Part shown: piece after piece, positions 38,731 through 47,924 of the stretch | Layout: each line of letters begins with the position of its first letter | Position numbering within the stretch: position 1 is the stretch's first letter | Assembly: GCA_003353845.1 (NCBI GenBank) | Contig: PIVT01000014.1 | Coordinates: 3,538-67,537 of the forward strand | Reading direction: 5' to 3' | Origin: Pseudomonadota bacterium | GTDB taxonomy: Bacteria > Myxococcota_A > UBA9160 > JADFDR01 | Length of the DNA stretch: 64,000 bases | The notes under the pieces: model-generated | What the model was told of the DNA's origin: nothing | Seen by the model: the letters and a program-made list of their open reading frames with translations, nothing else | Database searches by the model: none | Program-made: the position numbers and the translations under genes

Positions 38731-39834
38731 TTAGCGAACATTGGCCAGACGGAAGACTCTTATGATCTTCTCGCTGACTCCATAAGCAACAGCCGAAAAT
38801 ATGATCAAGGGCAGACAAACGATGTAGGCCAATCCCTTGAACGGTGCGGCAACCAACCTTCCGAAGTCACGCAATGAACCTGGATCAAAGGTCATCGAGT
38901 CAACGACTGGCGCCATGCGCTCTTCTTCGGCCACGACAGCAGGGGTCTCGATTCCAGTCACCACTGCGGGACGAAGTGCCTTCGCAAACAGCATCCCGGT
39001 TCCGTAGATGGCGGCCGCAATACCGATTACCGGCAAGAACATGATGAACGCCAAACCGATGAACGGAGAAACCGCCAATCTGCCGAGTTCGCGAAGTGAA
39101 CCTGGATCAAAGGTCGTCGCTTTAACCGCTGGCTCCGCTTTTTTCTCTTCGCATACAACAGCGGGGGGCTCGATTCCGGTTACCACGGCAGGTCGGAAAG
39201 GCTTCGCAACCAACATTCCGATTCCGTAGATCGCTGCCGCAATACCAATCACCGGCAGGAACATGATGTAAGCCAAGCCCATGAAGGGAGAGACCATCAA
39301 TCTCACGAGTTGGCGAAACGAGCCTGGTTTTGCTTCGGCCGTCTCTACAACCTGCGCAGTCTCTTCCGTTTTTCTTACCAATTGATGGATCGTCGCAGTG
39401 CCTTCGGCAGTTTCGGACACCTCAGCGGGATCGTCGGCAACCACTGCGTGAGCCCAGGATGATTGATCACCGCGCAACGCAGCCAATGCCATTTCTTCCA
39501 GATCGTCCGGGGATACCGGCTTCTCCAGATATCCGTAAGCACCCAGCTTGCGCGCCTTCGCTTCAACCTCAGGGCTACCATAACCAGTAATGAGTACGAA
39601 GGGGGTATCGGGCTCGTTATCGTGCAACCACTCCAGCAATTCCAAGCCATCCGCCCCAGGCATCCGGAGATCGGAAATGACCAGGTCAACGGGGTGAGAC
39701 TGCAATCCGCAAATCGCGCTATCTCCGTCCGCTGCGGTCGTTACCATTCGCTCATCCGTCGATAAGAGGCGCCTCCATCCTTCTCGGACGCCCTTTACGT
39801 CGTCCACGAACAAGATTTCTTGTCTATGTGCCAT
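38731..39834 (-). CDS. response-regulator receiver fused to three tandem hydrophobic repeats (unknown output domain)
   Basis: The REC domain has FVDD, VISDLRMPG, LITGYG and LEKP. It is followed by 3 copies of a ~74-aa unit with core SPFxGLAxIxFLPVIGIAAAIYG. An upstream start at ATG 39861 is possible. Confidence 0.8.
   Translation of the reverse strand: MAHRQEILFVDDVKGVREGWRRLLSTDERMVTTAADGDSAICGLQSHPVDLVISDLRMPGADGLELLEWLHDNEPDTPFVLITGYGSPEVEAKARKLGAYGYLEKPVSPDDLEEMALAALRGDQSSWAHAVVADDPAEVSETAEGTATIHQLVRKTEETAQVVETAEAKPGSFRQLVRLMVSPFMGLAYIMFLPVIGIAAAIYGIGMLVAKPFRPAVVTGIEPPAVVCEEKKAEPAVKATTFDPGSLRELGRLAVSPFIGLAFIMFLPVIGIAAAIYGTGMLFAKALRPAVVTGIETPAVVAEEERMAPVVDSMTFDPGSLRDFGRLVAAPFKGLAYIVCLPLIIFSAVAYGVSEKIIRVFRLANVR
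38734..39330 (-). repeat. 3 x 222-nt tandem coding repeat (last copy shortened)
   Basis: GAACCTGGATCAAAGGTC occurs at 38876 and 39098, exactly 222 nt apart. A diverged third copy sits near 39320. The protein-level repeats are DPGSLRELGRL..., PGSFRQLVRL... and DPGSLRDFGRL... Confidence 0.85.
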
Positions 39835-39838
39835 CGTG

Positions 39839-40303
39839 TTAGTTTCTCGTAGCGCTAGCATGTTGCACCTCCCGGGACCGCAGTCCCCACGTCAGCTCTT
39901 GACCTGGCGCAAAACACCAAGTCCGCTGTTCCAAAATCCGACGGACAGAGCGCACGACACGCTCCACGCCCGATGTGTCTAAATAGGTCTCTAAAAATTC
40001 CACGGAGCATGCGCTCAGATAGGCGGCCAAAATCACGGAAATGCCTTCTTCCACGATTGCCACCTTTCGCAAGCCGGGATACTCAAGGCTCAACCGGCTC
40101 AACACGATCAACAGTGATCCAAGTCGAAGCTCACTCACTCGGAAGATGAGTACGGCAATGGATGACAGGCGGTCGCTGTGGATCAACGCTTCCAAGTCGT
40201 GAAAGCACACGATGGGAAGTCCATCTCTGATCAAGGACTCCGCCAGTGCATCGTCTGCGGGGCCGCTTTCCAGAATGGCTATGAGGTTGGGTTGGTCATT
40301 CAT
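39839..40303 (-). CDS. pseudo-receiver-like protein (REC fold lacking the acidic pocket)
   Basis: 154 aa with a beta-alpha pattern like CheY. It reads LIAILESG where DD is expected and IAVLIFRV where the phospho-Asp strand is expected. First gene after the sigma-54 promoter. Confidence 0.45.
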   Translation of the reverse strand: MNDQPNLIAILESGPADDALAESLIRDGLPIVCFHDLEALIHSDRLSSIAVLIFRVSELRLGSLLIVLSRLSLEYPGLRKVAIVEEGISVILAAYLSACSVEFLETYLDTSGVERVVRSVRRILEQRTWCFAPGQELTWGLRSREVQHASATRN

Positions 40304-40365
40304 TTTCTATCTCGTTTTGGTCGTCTCTAACAAACAAATGAAAACTCTTTCCACCTCCTCTCTAG

Positions 40366-40381
40366 TGCAAGCTGCGTACCA
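40366..40381 (-). promoter_or_regulatory. sigma-54 (-24/-12) promoter of the pseudo-REC / REC-repeat / cytochrome operon
   Basis: The minus strand reads TGGTACGCAGCTTGCA, against TGGCACG-N4-TTGCA. There is one mismatch and the GG/GC spacing is exact. It lies about 60 nt upstream of ATG 40303. Confidence 0.7.
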
Positions 40382-40681
40382 ACAAACTGGTGGGAACCCT
40401 TCACTGGGGTCGATGTTCTAACTGATTGTAAATGCAAAGTTTTTCAGAGGGCCTGCGAAAGCGGGAATTTGGCAAATCGCGGCTAGTGTATGCAGGGCAT
40501 ATACGATCTCGGAAGACCGCCGTTTAGCTAAAAGCTGCCTGCCTCGCTAAGGCCTCGTTTTATTGAAACTTTTCAAGAGACATCACCCGATCGGCACTGC
40601 GAATTCAACCGTATACCAAACACATACACATTCCCAAAGGGAATGCAGCAGATCCAGCTAGAGGCTTGAGCAGGTGTCGGT

Positions 40682-42151
40682 TCAGGTGTCGGTGGAAGAA
40701 GTGTCTTCAGCGCCGTCTTCACCATTGTCAGAAATTTTTGGCACGCTCACTCCGTGCTTGCGCATGAGGGCGTGAAAATTCGTGCGCTGCATGTCGACCA
40801 CGCGCGCCGCTTCAGTGACATTCCAGCGCGCTTGCTGAAGCGACTTGATAACGAAGAGCTTCTCGAGCCGTTCCACCGCCTCCGCGCGCAACTCCTTCTT
40901 CCGAGCCGCCAGGGCGCGGGCATCCTCGGGAATGTCTTCATTCTCAATGGCGGAGTGCTCACCTAAAATCGTGGGCAAGGAATCGATATCGATGAACTCC
41001 GTGTCGGTGAGAAGTACCGCACGCTCGATCACGTTCTCAAGTTCGCGCACGTTTCCAGGCCACTCGTGCACCTCAAGAGCAGAGAGCGCCCGCGGTCGAA
41101 TACCTCCAATGGGTTTATCGAATTCTTTTGAGCATTTCTCGATGAAGTGGTGCGCAAGCAAGGGGAGTTCCTCGATCCGCTCGCGCAGCGGCGGCAAGGC
41201 GACAGTGAAGACAGCCAGGCGATAGTAGAGATCCTCACGAAAGGTACCGTTCTCCACCAATTCCTTGAGGTCCTTATTGGTCGCAACGACCAAGCGCACA
41301 TCTACACTGACATATTTGTCAGCACCCACGGGTCGGATTTCACGCTCTTGAAGAAGCCTCAGCAGGCTGCTCTGAATTTGCGGTGAAATCGTAGCGATCT
41401 CGTCCAGGAACAGTGTGCCTCCGCGTGCGGACTCGACCAGGCCTTTGCGATCGCGCACGGCTCCCGTGAAGGCTCCACGCACATGTCCAAAAAGTTCAGA
41501 CTCCAAAAGTGATTCGTTCAGGGCAGAGCAATCGGCCACAACATAGGGATTGTCTTTCCTGGGGCTGTTGTAGTGAACCGACTTGGCGATGCAGTCCTTA
41601 CCCGTCCCTGTTTCACCAGAAATAAGAATCGTACTATTGGTAGGAGCCGCCTTGGCCACCAGCTGCATGACGACTTGCATCTTCGGTGACGAGCAAACCA
41701 ATCCACCAATGCGATGCCGAGTCTCCAATTCCGAACGCAGTCGCTCGGTTAGGTTGAGGAGGTGTCTGCGCTCGAGAGCGCGGGCCACGGTGATCAGGAG
41801 TTGATCCGGTGCCACAGGTTTCTGCAGGTAATCAAATGCACCTTGCCGAATAGCATCGATGGCTGTCTCGATGGTCGCATATCCCGTTACGATCACAACC
41901 TCGGTTTCAGATGCGGTCGCACGCGCCTCGCGCAATACCTCCATGCCGTTAAGCCCGGGCATTTTTATATCGAGCAAGAGAAGATCAAAGTTTCCATTTC
42001 GTAAGAGTTCAATCCCCTCCTTCGGGTCACAAGTCGTCGTGACGTCGTAGCCTTCATCGCTGAGCACCCGTCGAATGCTCTCGCAAACCACGGCCTCATC
42101 GTCGATGGATAGGACCTTTGGGGAAAGGTCCCACTCTTCATTTACTGGCAT
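40682..42151 (-). CDS. sigma-54-dependent response regulator (NtrC family bEBP)
   Basis: REC ([11 protein letters not shown]), AAA+ Walker A GETGTGKD, the GAFTGA loop (RGAFTGAV), and a C-terminal Fis-type HTH ([25 protein letters not shown]). Confidence 0.9.
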   Translation of the reverse strand: MPVNEEWDLSPKVLSIDDEAVVCESIRRVLSDEGYDVTTTCDPKEGIELLRNGNFDLLLLDIKMPGLNGMEVLREARATASETEVVIVTGYATIETAIDAIRQGAFDYLQKPVAPDQLLITVARALERRHLLNLTERLRSELETRHRIGGLVCSSPKMQVVMQLVAKAAPTNSTILISGETGTGKDCIAKSVHYNSPRKDNPYVVADCSALNESLLESELFGHVRGAFTGAVRDRKGLVESARGGTLFLDEIATISPQIQSSLLRLLQEREIRPVGADKYVSVDVRLVVATNKDLKELVENGTFREDLYYRLAVFTVALPPLRERIEELPLLAHHFIEKCSKEFDKPIGGIRPRALSALEVHEWPGNVRELENVIERAVLLTDTEFIDIDSLPTILGEHSAIENEDIPEDARALAARKKELRAEAVERLEKLFVIKSLQQARWNVTEAARVVDMQRTNFHALMRKHGVSVPKISDNGEDGAEDTSSTDT

Positions 42152-42162
42152 AAAACTCTCCT

Positions 42163-43800
42163 TCAGCTTTCACTCTCTGCATCTGCAATGGCTACAGCGA
42201 CGGGCAGGAGAACCGTAAACTCGGTCCAACTCTGTCCGTCGCTATCAATGATGATGGTTCCGCCGTGACGAGTTGCGATCCCATAGGAAATCGACAAACC
42301 AAGGCCTGAGCCTTGCCCGGCTGGCTTTGTCGTAAAGAACGGTTCGAAAACCCGCGCAACGTCTCTCTTTGAAATTCCGTGGCCGGTATCTCGAACGCGA
42401 AAGCGAACCAGAGAAATGGATCCACTATCGGGCGGCAAACCGTGCTCTTCGAAGTCCGCGCGCGGAACTTTATCTACCTTCATAGAAAGTTTCCCTCCCG
42501 GCTTCATCGCTTGAATCGCATTCAGCATCAGGTTGAGAAACACTGGAGTCATCTGACTTTTGTCGACCTTGATTCCGGGGAGGTCCTCAGCGACAAGGCA
42601 TTCCTCCTCGATGTCCTGCTCACGGAGCTTCGGGCGTACCAACTTCAGCGTGTTCTCCAAAATCTCCCCAGGGCTGCAGACCTCCATGGGGTGATCCGTT
42701 TTCTGATCCCGTGAGAAATCCAGAAGATTTCGGATGATTACCGCACAACGGTTCGCCTCGTCCAAAATCATTCCCACGTCCTCGTATTCCTGCGACTCGG
42801 GATCGAAGTTTTTCCGCACAAGATGGCCGAAGGTAATAATAGCCATGAGCGGGCTATTCAATTCGTGGGCTACACCGGCCGCGACCAAGCCCACTGCTGA
42901 AAGTTTCTCCGCTTGCATGGCCTGATATTGTGCCGTGCGCACCTCCCTGGACTTCTCGTGCAGTTCATCCTTCAGGACACTGATCCACTCCTGCTCCTGG
43001 GCCCGCGACACGTGCATGTTCTCAACCATCTTATTGAATGAACTGGTGAGGACACCGATCTCCGACGCAGCAGGGGAAGAGATCGTCTGAGAGAAGTCAC
43101 CACTGGCCACCTGTCGCGTGGCCTCGATGAGATTCCATATCGGCCGGTTGACGGTGACCTGAACCAAAACGAACAAGCCAAGCGATATCAAAATCAAGAC
43201 GCTCATGGAAACACCGGCGGCTTTCCAACTGGCCGCAACGATGCGCTCCTCTGTAGGTTCCATGGACATGCTCACATCCAGAACCCCAAGGATGCTCTTG
43301 GTTTGCATATCCGCGTGGCATTCCTCCTCTCCGCAGCGCTTCTCGTTCTGGATCACACTGATCGTGGAAAGCATCTTTTGGCCAGCCTCATTCTCATAGA
43401 CTCTAGAACGCTCGGCGATGGAGAGATGCCGAATGGGTTTATTCGCGTCATGGCACAGGAAACAGGCCTCAGCGTTCTTGTCCACCATCATTCCGACTTC
43501 AATCGGAGTGGATGAATGAGAGATCTCGCCCTCCTTATTAAAGAGGCGGATCCGATCCACGCCGGGGTGGCTCCCCACAGAGTAGATAATCTCCTGCACG
43601 CCTTTCGGATTGTCCTCGAGCATCTCGTGGGAAATGCTCAGGAGAAGCATTTCCGCGACGTTGTCGCTGCTGTGGATAACTTCTTCAAGTACCTGGCCGC
43701 GCTGATTGGAAATGAGTGTCGCCGAAAGAATGATCATGCCGACAGCGACGAGGATCGCCGCCGATAAAGAAACCCGAGTTCCCAGCGTCATTTGCTTCAT
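42163..43800 (-). CDS. sensor histidine kinase with haem-motif periplasmic domain and HAMP
   Basis: Two TMs flank a ~170-aa domain containing CFLCH (CxxCH) and CGEEECH (Cx4CH). HAMP follows, then the H-box GVAHELNSPL and an ATPase with DTGHGI and GSGLGLS. Confidence 0.85.
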   Translation of the reverse strand: MKQMTLGTRVSLSAAILVAVGMIILSATLISNQRGQVLEEVIHSSDNVAEMLLLSISHEMLEDNPKGVQEIIYSVGSHPGVDRIRLFNKEGEISHSSTPIEVGMMVDKNAEACFLCHDANKPIRHLSIAERSRVYENEAGQKMLSTISVIQNEKRCGEEECHADMQTKSILGVLDVSMSMEPTEERIVAASWKAAGVSMSVLILISLGLFVLVQVTVNRPIWNLIEATRQVASGDFSQTISSPAASEIGVLTSSFNKMVENMHVSRAQEQEWISVLKDELHEKSREVRTAQYQAMQAEKLSAVGLVAAGVAHELNSPLMAIITFGHLVRKNFDPESQEYEDVGMILDEANRCAVIIRNLLDFSRDQKTDHPMEVCSPGEILENTLKLVRPKLREQDIEEECLVAEDLPGIKVDKSQMTPVFLNLMLNAIQAMKPGGKLSMKVDKVPRADFEEHGLPPDSGSISLVRFRVRDTGHGISKRDVARVFEPFFTTKPAGQGSGLGLSISYGIATRHGGTIIIDSDGQSWTEFTVLLPVAVAIADAESES

Positions 43801-44001
43801 TGCGACCCTTTCGTGGTGTTCGAGACACCGGAACGCAGTTCGTCCAGGAGGAATTCAAGGGTTAAGTGAAGGGGTGTCGACCAAGCAGACCCTGGAAGGG
43901 ACTGCAAAGGATGAAGAGATCCGCTTTCTTGCGCACCCCTCAGGTCCTTCGATGACACGGGGGACTCCGCACAGATCAACTCATTTCCCTACGAACTCAA
44001 C

Positions 44002-44023
44002 AATGAGGCGCTAGCGCCTCATT
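44002..44023. promoter_or_regulatory. perfect 22-bp palindrome AATGAGGCGCTAGCGCCTCATT
   Basis: Read directly. It lies about 200 nt upstream of the kinase start and 280 nt downstream of the MCP stop, with no flanking T-run. Confidence 0.35.
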
Positions 44024-44301
44024 CTCCTCCTAACAGATGAGGACTTACCATTGTACTCGCTCCATCCAACCCGAGCAAACCAACTAAAGAAAGAGGTAGC
44101 TAGCCAAAGTGTACTTGCGCCTCGATCTAAAACCATAATTACGCAAGGGAAGGCGTGGGATGCATCTGAGGTTGGATCGTGCCTACCAACTCTTCGGAAA
44201 CCTATCTAAATGAAGACTATCAAGAGAAGACAGTCCATTGTGATCAAGACGAAACGAAAGGATCTGCGACGTATTGCCATACATGGCGATTGGATCAAGA
44301 G

Positions 44302-46290
44302 CTACTGACTGGGTGTCTCATCCACTTTCCGCACCTTGAAGAAGGACATCAACTTCTTTAGTCCCTGTGCCTGGGACGACAGTTGCTCGGCAGTGCTCGA
44401 TAGCTGTTCCCCTGCGGTGGCGTTCTTTTGGGTGACGCGATCCATTTTGGACATGGCCTCGGTGATCTGATTCACGTTGGACGATTGCTCGTTGGAGGAA
44501 GCGGCCACCTCCTTCACAAAGTTGGCCGTATCCTGGATCGCGGGAATAAGAGCCGTGATCAAAGATCCCGAATGCTCGGCAGCCTTGACGCTCACACCTG
44601 CCACTTCGCCGATCTCCTGAGCCGCAGCACGGCTGCGCTCCGCCAGGCTGCGCACCTCCGAGGCGACGACAGCAAAGCCTTTGCCGTGTTCCCCTGCGCG
44701 AGCCGCCTCGATGGCCGCATTGAGCGCGAGGAGATTCGTCTGGTAGGTGATCTCCTCCACGATGGAGATCTGTTCGGCGATGCTTTCCATGGCGTAGCCG
44801 GTCTCCTCCACGGCTTGTCCGCTCTCTTCAGCACTGGCACAACTCTTGGTAGCCATCTGCTCAAGCCGGTGGCTATTCTCGGCGTTCTGCAGGATGGAGG
44901 TGCCCATGTCTTGGAGCACCAAGGCAGCTTCACTTACTGCGGCGGCTTGTTCGCTGGTTCCGCTAGCGAGGCCCTGCGAGGATGAGGCCACTTGCTCAGC
45001 AGCCAGGGAGAGTTCCATGGACTGCCCGTGTACATTTCGAATGACACCGTTGAGGCGCGTGGCCATATTATCCAAGACAATCCCCAGCTGACCTAACTCG
45101 TCCTCGGAGCCGAATCCAGAGCGGCGCGAGAAATCACCCGAAGCGATACGTTCCATCTCTCCTCCAAGCTCGCGAATGGACCCCGCATAACCTCTGGAGA
45201 AACAGAAGATGGCCAGCATCCCGATGCAGAATATCGAAGCGACGAGGATCCCGAAGATCGGTCGCACTTCGGCGACGCGCCCTCCGTAGGCAGTATTCCG
45301 CGTGTAGGCGACCAGGATGTAGGGTTGGCCCTCGATGGCGCGCCAGGAAAAGAAATAAAGGGTGTCGTAGGCGGTGCTATCACCCTGGGTGAGGGTCTCT
45401 CGATCACGGCGAATGATGTCGAGTTCTTCGGAGTGCAGGGCCTCCTCGCCGTAGACATCGAACATTGTTTTCTCTGTGAGGTCTACCGTCTGGACGCGAA
45501 TGGCAAGGAGATGCGCTAAGCGTTCCTGGCTCTCGATGGATCCCTCGACATCTAGACCGAATTTCAAATCCTCTTCGATCAGATCGAACATCTCCGCCTG
45601 TCTTTGAATCGTATAACGTTCGACGAAGCGCTCGGATTCTCGCTGTGCCATGGCCACACCGAACACGACCGCCGAAAGCACCAAGCCGCAAACAATCCCG
45701 AGGAGTTTAACTTGGATATTCAGTCGCAAGATTCCAGTGTCGCCTCTTTCCCATTCGGGCAACCAACGCTTGATCTCACGGCGTACCGGATCGAAGTGGC
45801 GCTTCAGGGAATACATTCCCGTGATCTGCGTAACAACGGAGGCCAGCGCAATGGCGACAAAGAGAATACCCGCGCTCTTCTTCGTGAAGAGATCCGAATT
45901 CGAAAGCAGCGCCACATCCAACACCACAGCGTTGATGAGCCACAAACAAAAATAATTGAGATTCATCTTCCAGGGTGTGTTGATGCTGGTGACATACGCC
46001 TGTGTCACCTCCTGCGGTGTCAGGTCCGCGGGGCTCGGCGCATCCAAGAAGACTGCGATGGGTCGAAGCCAGTAACTGAAGATGAAATGGTTGGCGATGA
46101 CAGACAAAATGCCGAGGCCGATGGCAATGACGGAGGCAATCTGAATCTGTGGCGGCGTCATGCGCAATAGCAAGGCGATGAATCCGATGAGAATGGTGGC
46201 GCCGATAGTGGCGTTGAACCCACCCGTCTGGATCACGCGATTTGTGAACTGGCGCCCCGAGGGCAGCGTTGGCGTTTCCATTTGCTCCAT
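44302..46290 (-). CDS. methyl-accepting chemotaxis protein with a six-TM input region
   Basis: HAMP plus the signalling hairpin [39 protein letters not shown]. Five predicted TM helices precede a ~150-aa loop, followed by a sixth TM. Confidence 0.88.
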   Translation of the reverse strand: MEQMETPTLPSGRQFTNRVIQTGGFNATIGATILIGFIALLLRMTPPQIQIASVIAIGLGILSVIANHFIFSYWLRPIAVFLDAPSPADLTPQEVTQAYVTSINTPWKMNLNYFCLWLINAVVLDVALLSNSDLFTKKSAGILFVAIALASVVTQITGMYSLKRHFDPVRREIKRWLPEWERGDTGILRLNIQVKLLGIVCGLVLSAVVFGVAMAQRESERFVERYTIQRQAEMFDLIEEDLKFGLDVEGSIESQERLAHLLAIRVQTVDLTEKTMFDVYGEEALHSEELDIIRRDRETLTQGDSTAYDTLYFFSWRAIEGQPYILVAYTRNTAYGGRVAEVRPIFGILVASIFCIGMLAIFCFSRGYAGSIRELGGEMERIASGDFSRRSGFGSEDELGQLGIVLDNMATRLNGVIRNVHGQSMELSLAAEQVASSSQGLASGTSEQAAAVSEAALVLQDMGTSILQNAENSHRLEQMATKSCASAEESGQAVEETGYAMESIAEQISIVEEITYQTNLLALNAAIEAARAGEHGKGFAVVASEVRSLAERSRAAAQEIGEVAGVSVKAAEHSGSLITALIPAIQDTANFVKEVAASSNEQSSNVNQITEAMSKMDRVTQKNATAGEQLSSTAEQLSSQAQGLKKLMSFFKVRKVDETPSQ

Positions 46291-46512
46291 AACAGACCTG
46301 TCGCGTAGCTCAAAAGTAGAGCGCGTACCGTTAAACTATCGACATCGCATTGGATTTATTAAGAAATATGCTTGGGGAATCCTGCCTAAGGGACGTGAAT
46401 TTAACGTACTCATGGTATGTTATGGCTCTCGGGCTAAGGCTGAGTTTAGAAAGTTTAGTGGTACGTTAATTTTTAAATTGAGACTAAGACGCCTGCTCAG
46501 CCCTTGAGACCG

Positions 46513-46534
46513 CAAAAAAGCGCCTGGCAAGCGA
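46513..46534 (-). terminator. weak candidate terminator after the NrfD-like gene
   Basis: The minus strand reads CGCTT-GCC-AGGCG followed by CTTTTTTG. The stem is only 5 bp. Confidence 0.3.
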
Positions 46535-46629
46535 CGACAAAGGCAGCTAGGGCTTCACGCAGCGCTCTCTTCAGGTCCCTTGGTGCTGCTTCATAGAACC
46601 AGGAAAGCCAATCGAATCCCTGTCCTATT

Positions 46630-47880
46630 TCAGATTTCGCGAATCACCGCTCGCGGATTCTCGAAGCGTGTATCGTCTCCCGACTCGTAGGGCTCGCTAA
46701 AGGTCAGTGGGATGGCCACCCTGCTCAAGACGGTGAACAGCAGTATCCCCACGGCCGCAATACCGATCCCGATCATAACCTCGGCAAGGGAGGGCACATA
46801 CTCATAGACCTCACCGAGGGTCCCGGGCGTGAACCCCGGAAGAACGAGGCCGATACCCTTCTCGATGAACACGCCAACGAAGACAAGTACGCAGCCGAGA
46901 TTCATGAGGAAGGTGTTCTGGCGAAGATGTGGAGTCAAGAGAAGGAAAAAGGCGATAATGTTGAAGAGCGCCCCGGTCCAAGCCCAGCTCACGAGGCTCA
47001 CGTGACCCTCAATGCCTCGGAAATAATACTGCATGTGGACAGTATGGGCGGTAGCCGAGCGGAACTCTGTGATGACCTCGGCGAAGAAGAGCAGGAGATT
47101 GACGAAGAGAACGATGGAGATCATTTCTGCAATCTTCTGCAGTGCTTCCTCGCGAATATTGATATTGGCAGTTTTTCTCAGGATCTGAAAGGCGATCACC
47201 ATGAGCGCCGGCCCTGCGCAGAGAGCGCTCGCAATGAAGCGCGGAACCAGGATGGCGGAGTTCCAATACGGGCGCGACGGCAGCACGTTGAAGATGAAGG
47301 CCGTCGTCGTGTGAATGCTAATGGCAGCGGGGATCGAGAACAGCATCAAGCTCATGAAGATGAATTTATTGTAGGGCTTACCGACGAAGGCACAGTAGAG
47401 GAAGTAAGTGACGATCACGATGTTGAGGACCAGGTAACCGTTGAGGATCATCACGTTCATCCCGATCATCGAGGTAGGCAGGTTTGGCGTACCGACGACA
47501 GGAAGCAAGTGCCAAAAGCGCTCCGGGCGCCCGAGGTCCGCCATGACAAAGAGGATGCACATCACCACCGCACAAATCGCGATGATCTCGCCGAGCACGA
47601 CGATCTCCTTGATGGGCTTCCAGTGATAGACATAGCCGGGTACGGCGAGGGCCATGGCGGCGGCGGCGACACCTACAAGGAAGGCATAGGTTCCGATGAA
47701 CATTCCCCAAGGCACGGGATCGCGCATATTCGAAACGATGTGCCCGTGCGCCAGTTGCTGTTGGTATCCGCTGACCCCGACGAGCACGAAGGCGAGCAGG
47801 ATCGCGAGCCACATATAATAAGTGCTGCTCCCGAACACTATCTGCTTCACACTGAATCTGATGAATTTCAAGAAGTCCAT
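46630..47880 (-). CDS. NrfD/PsrC-family polytopic quinone-interacting membrane subunit
   Basis: 416 aa with about 10 TM helices. Its position after a Tat-FeS NrfC-like subunit fits the family. Assignment rests on context and composition. Confidence 0.72.
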   Translation of the reverse strand: MDFLKFIRFSVKQIVFGSSTYYMWLAILLAFVLVGVSGYQQQLAHGHIVSNMRDPVPWGMFIGTYAFLVGVAAAAMALAVPGYVYHWKPIKEIVVLGEIIAICAVVMCILFVMADLGRPERFWHLLPVVGTPNLPTSMIGMNVMILNGYLVLNIVIVTYFLYCAFVGKPYNKFIFMSLMLFSIPAAISIHTTTAFIFNVLPSRPYWNSAILVPRFIASALCAGPALMVIAFQILRKTANINIREEALQKIAEMISIVLFVNLLLFFAEVITEFRSATAHTVHMQYYFRGIEGHVSLVSWAWTGALFNIIAFFLLLTPHLRQNTFLMNLGCVLVFVGVFIEKGIGLVLPGFTPGTLGEVYEYVPSLAEVMIGIGIAAVGILLFTVLSRVAIPLTFSEPYESGDDTRFENPRAVIREI

Positions 47881-47924
47881 GTCGCGCTCCCAAGAGGAAA
47901 AAAGTTCAACCTTTACCGCTCACA

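Noticed and set aside
46336-46358. FliA (sigma-28)-like promoter for the MCP gene (minus strand TAAATCCAATGCGATGTCGATAG)
   Set aside because: The spacing between TAAA and the GTCGATAG element is about 11 nt rather than about 15 nt, and the -10 box deviates from GCCGATAA.
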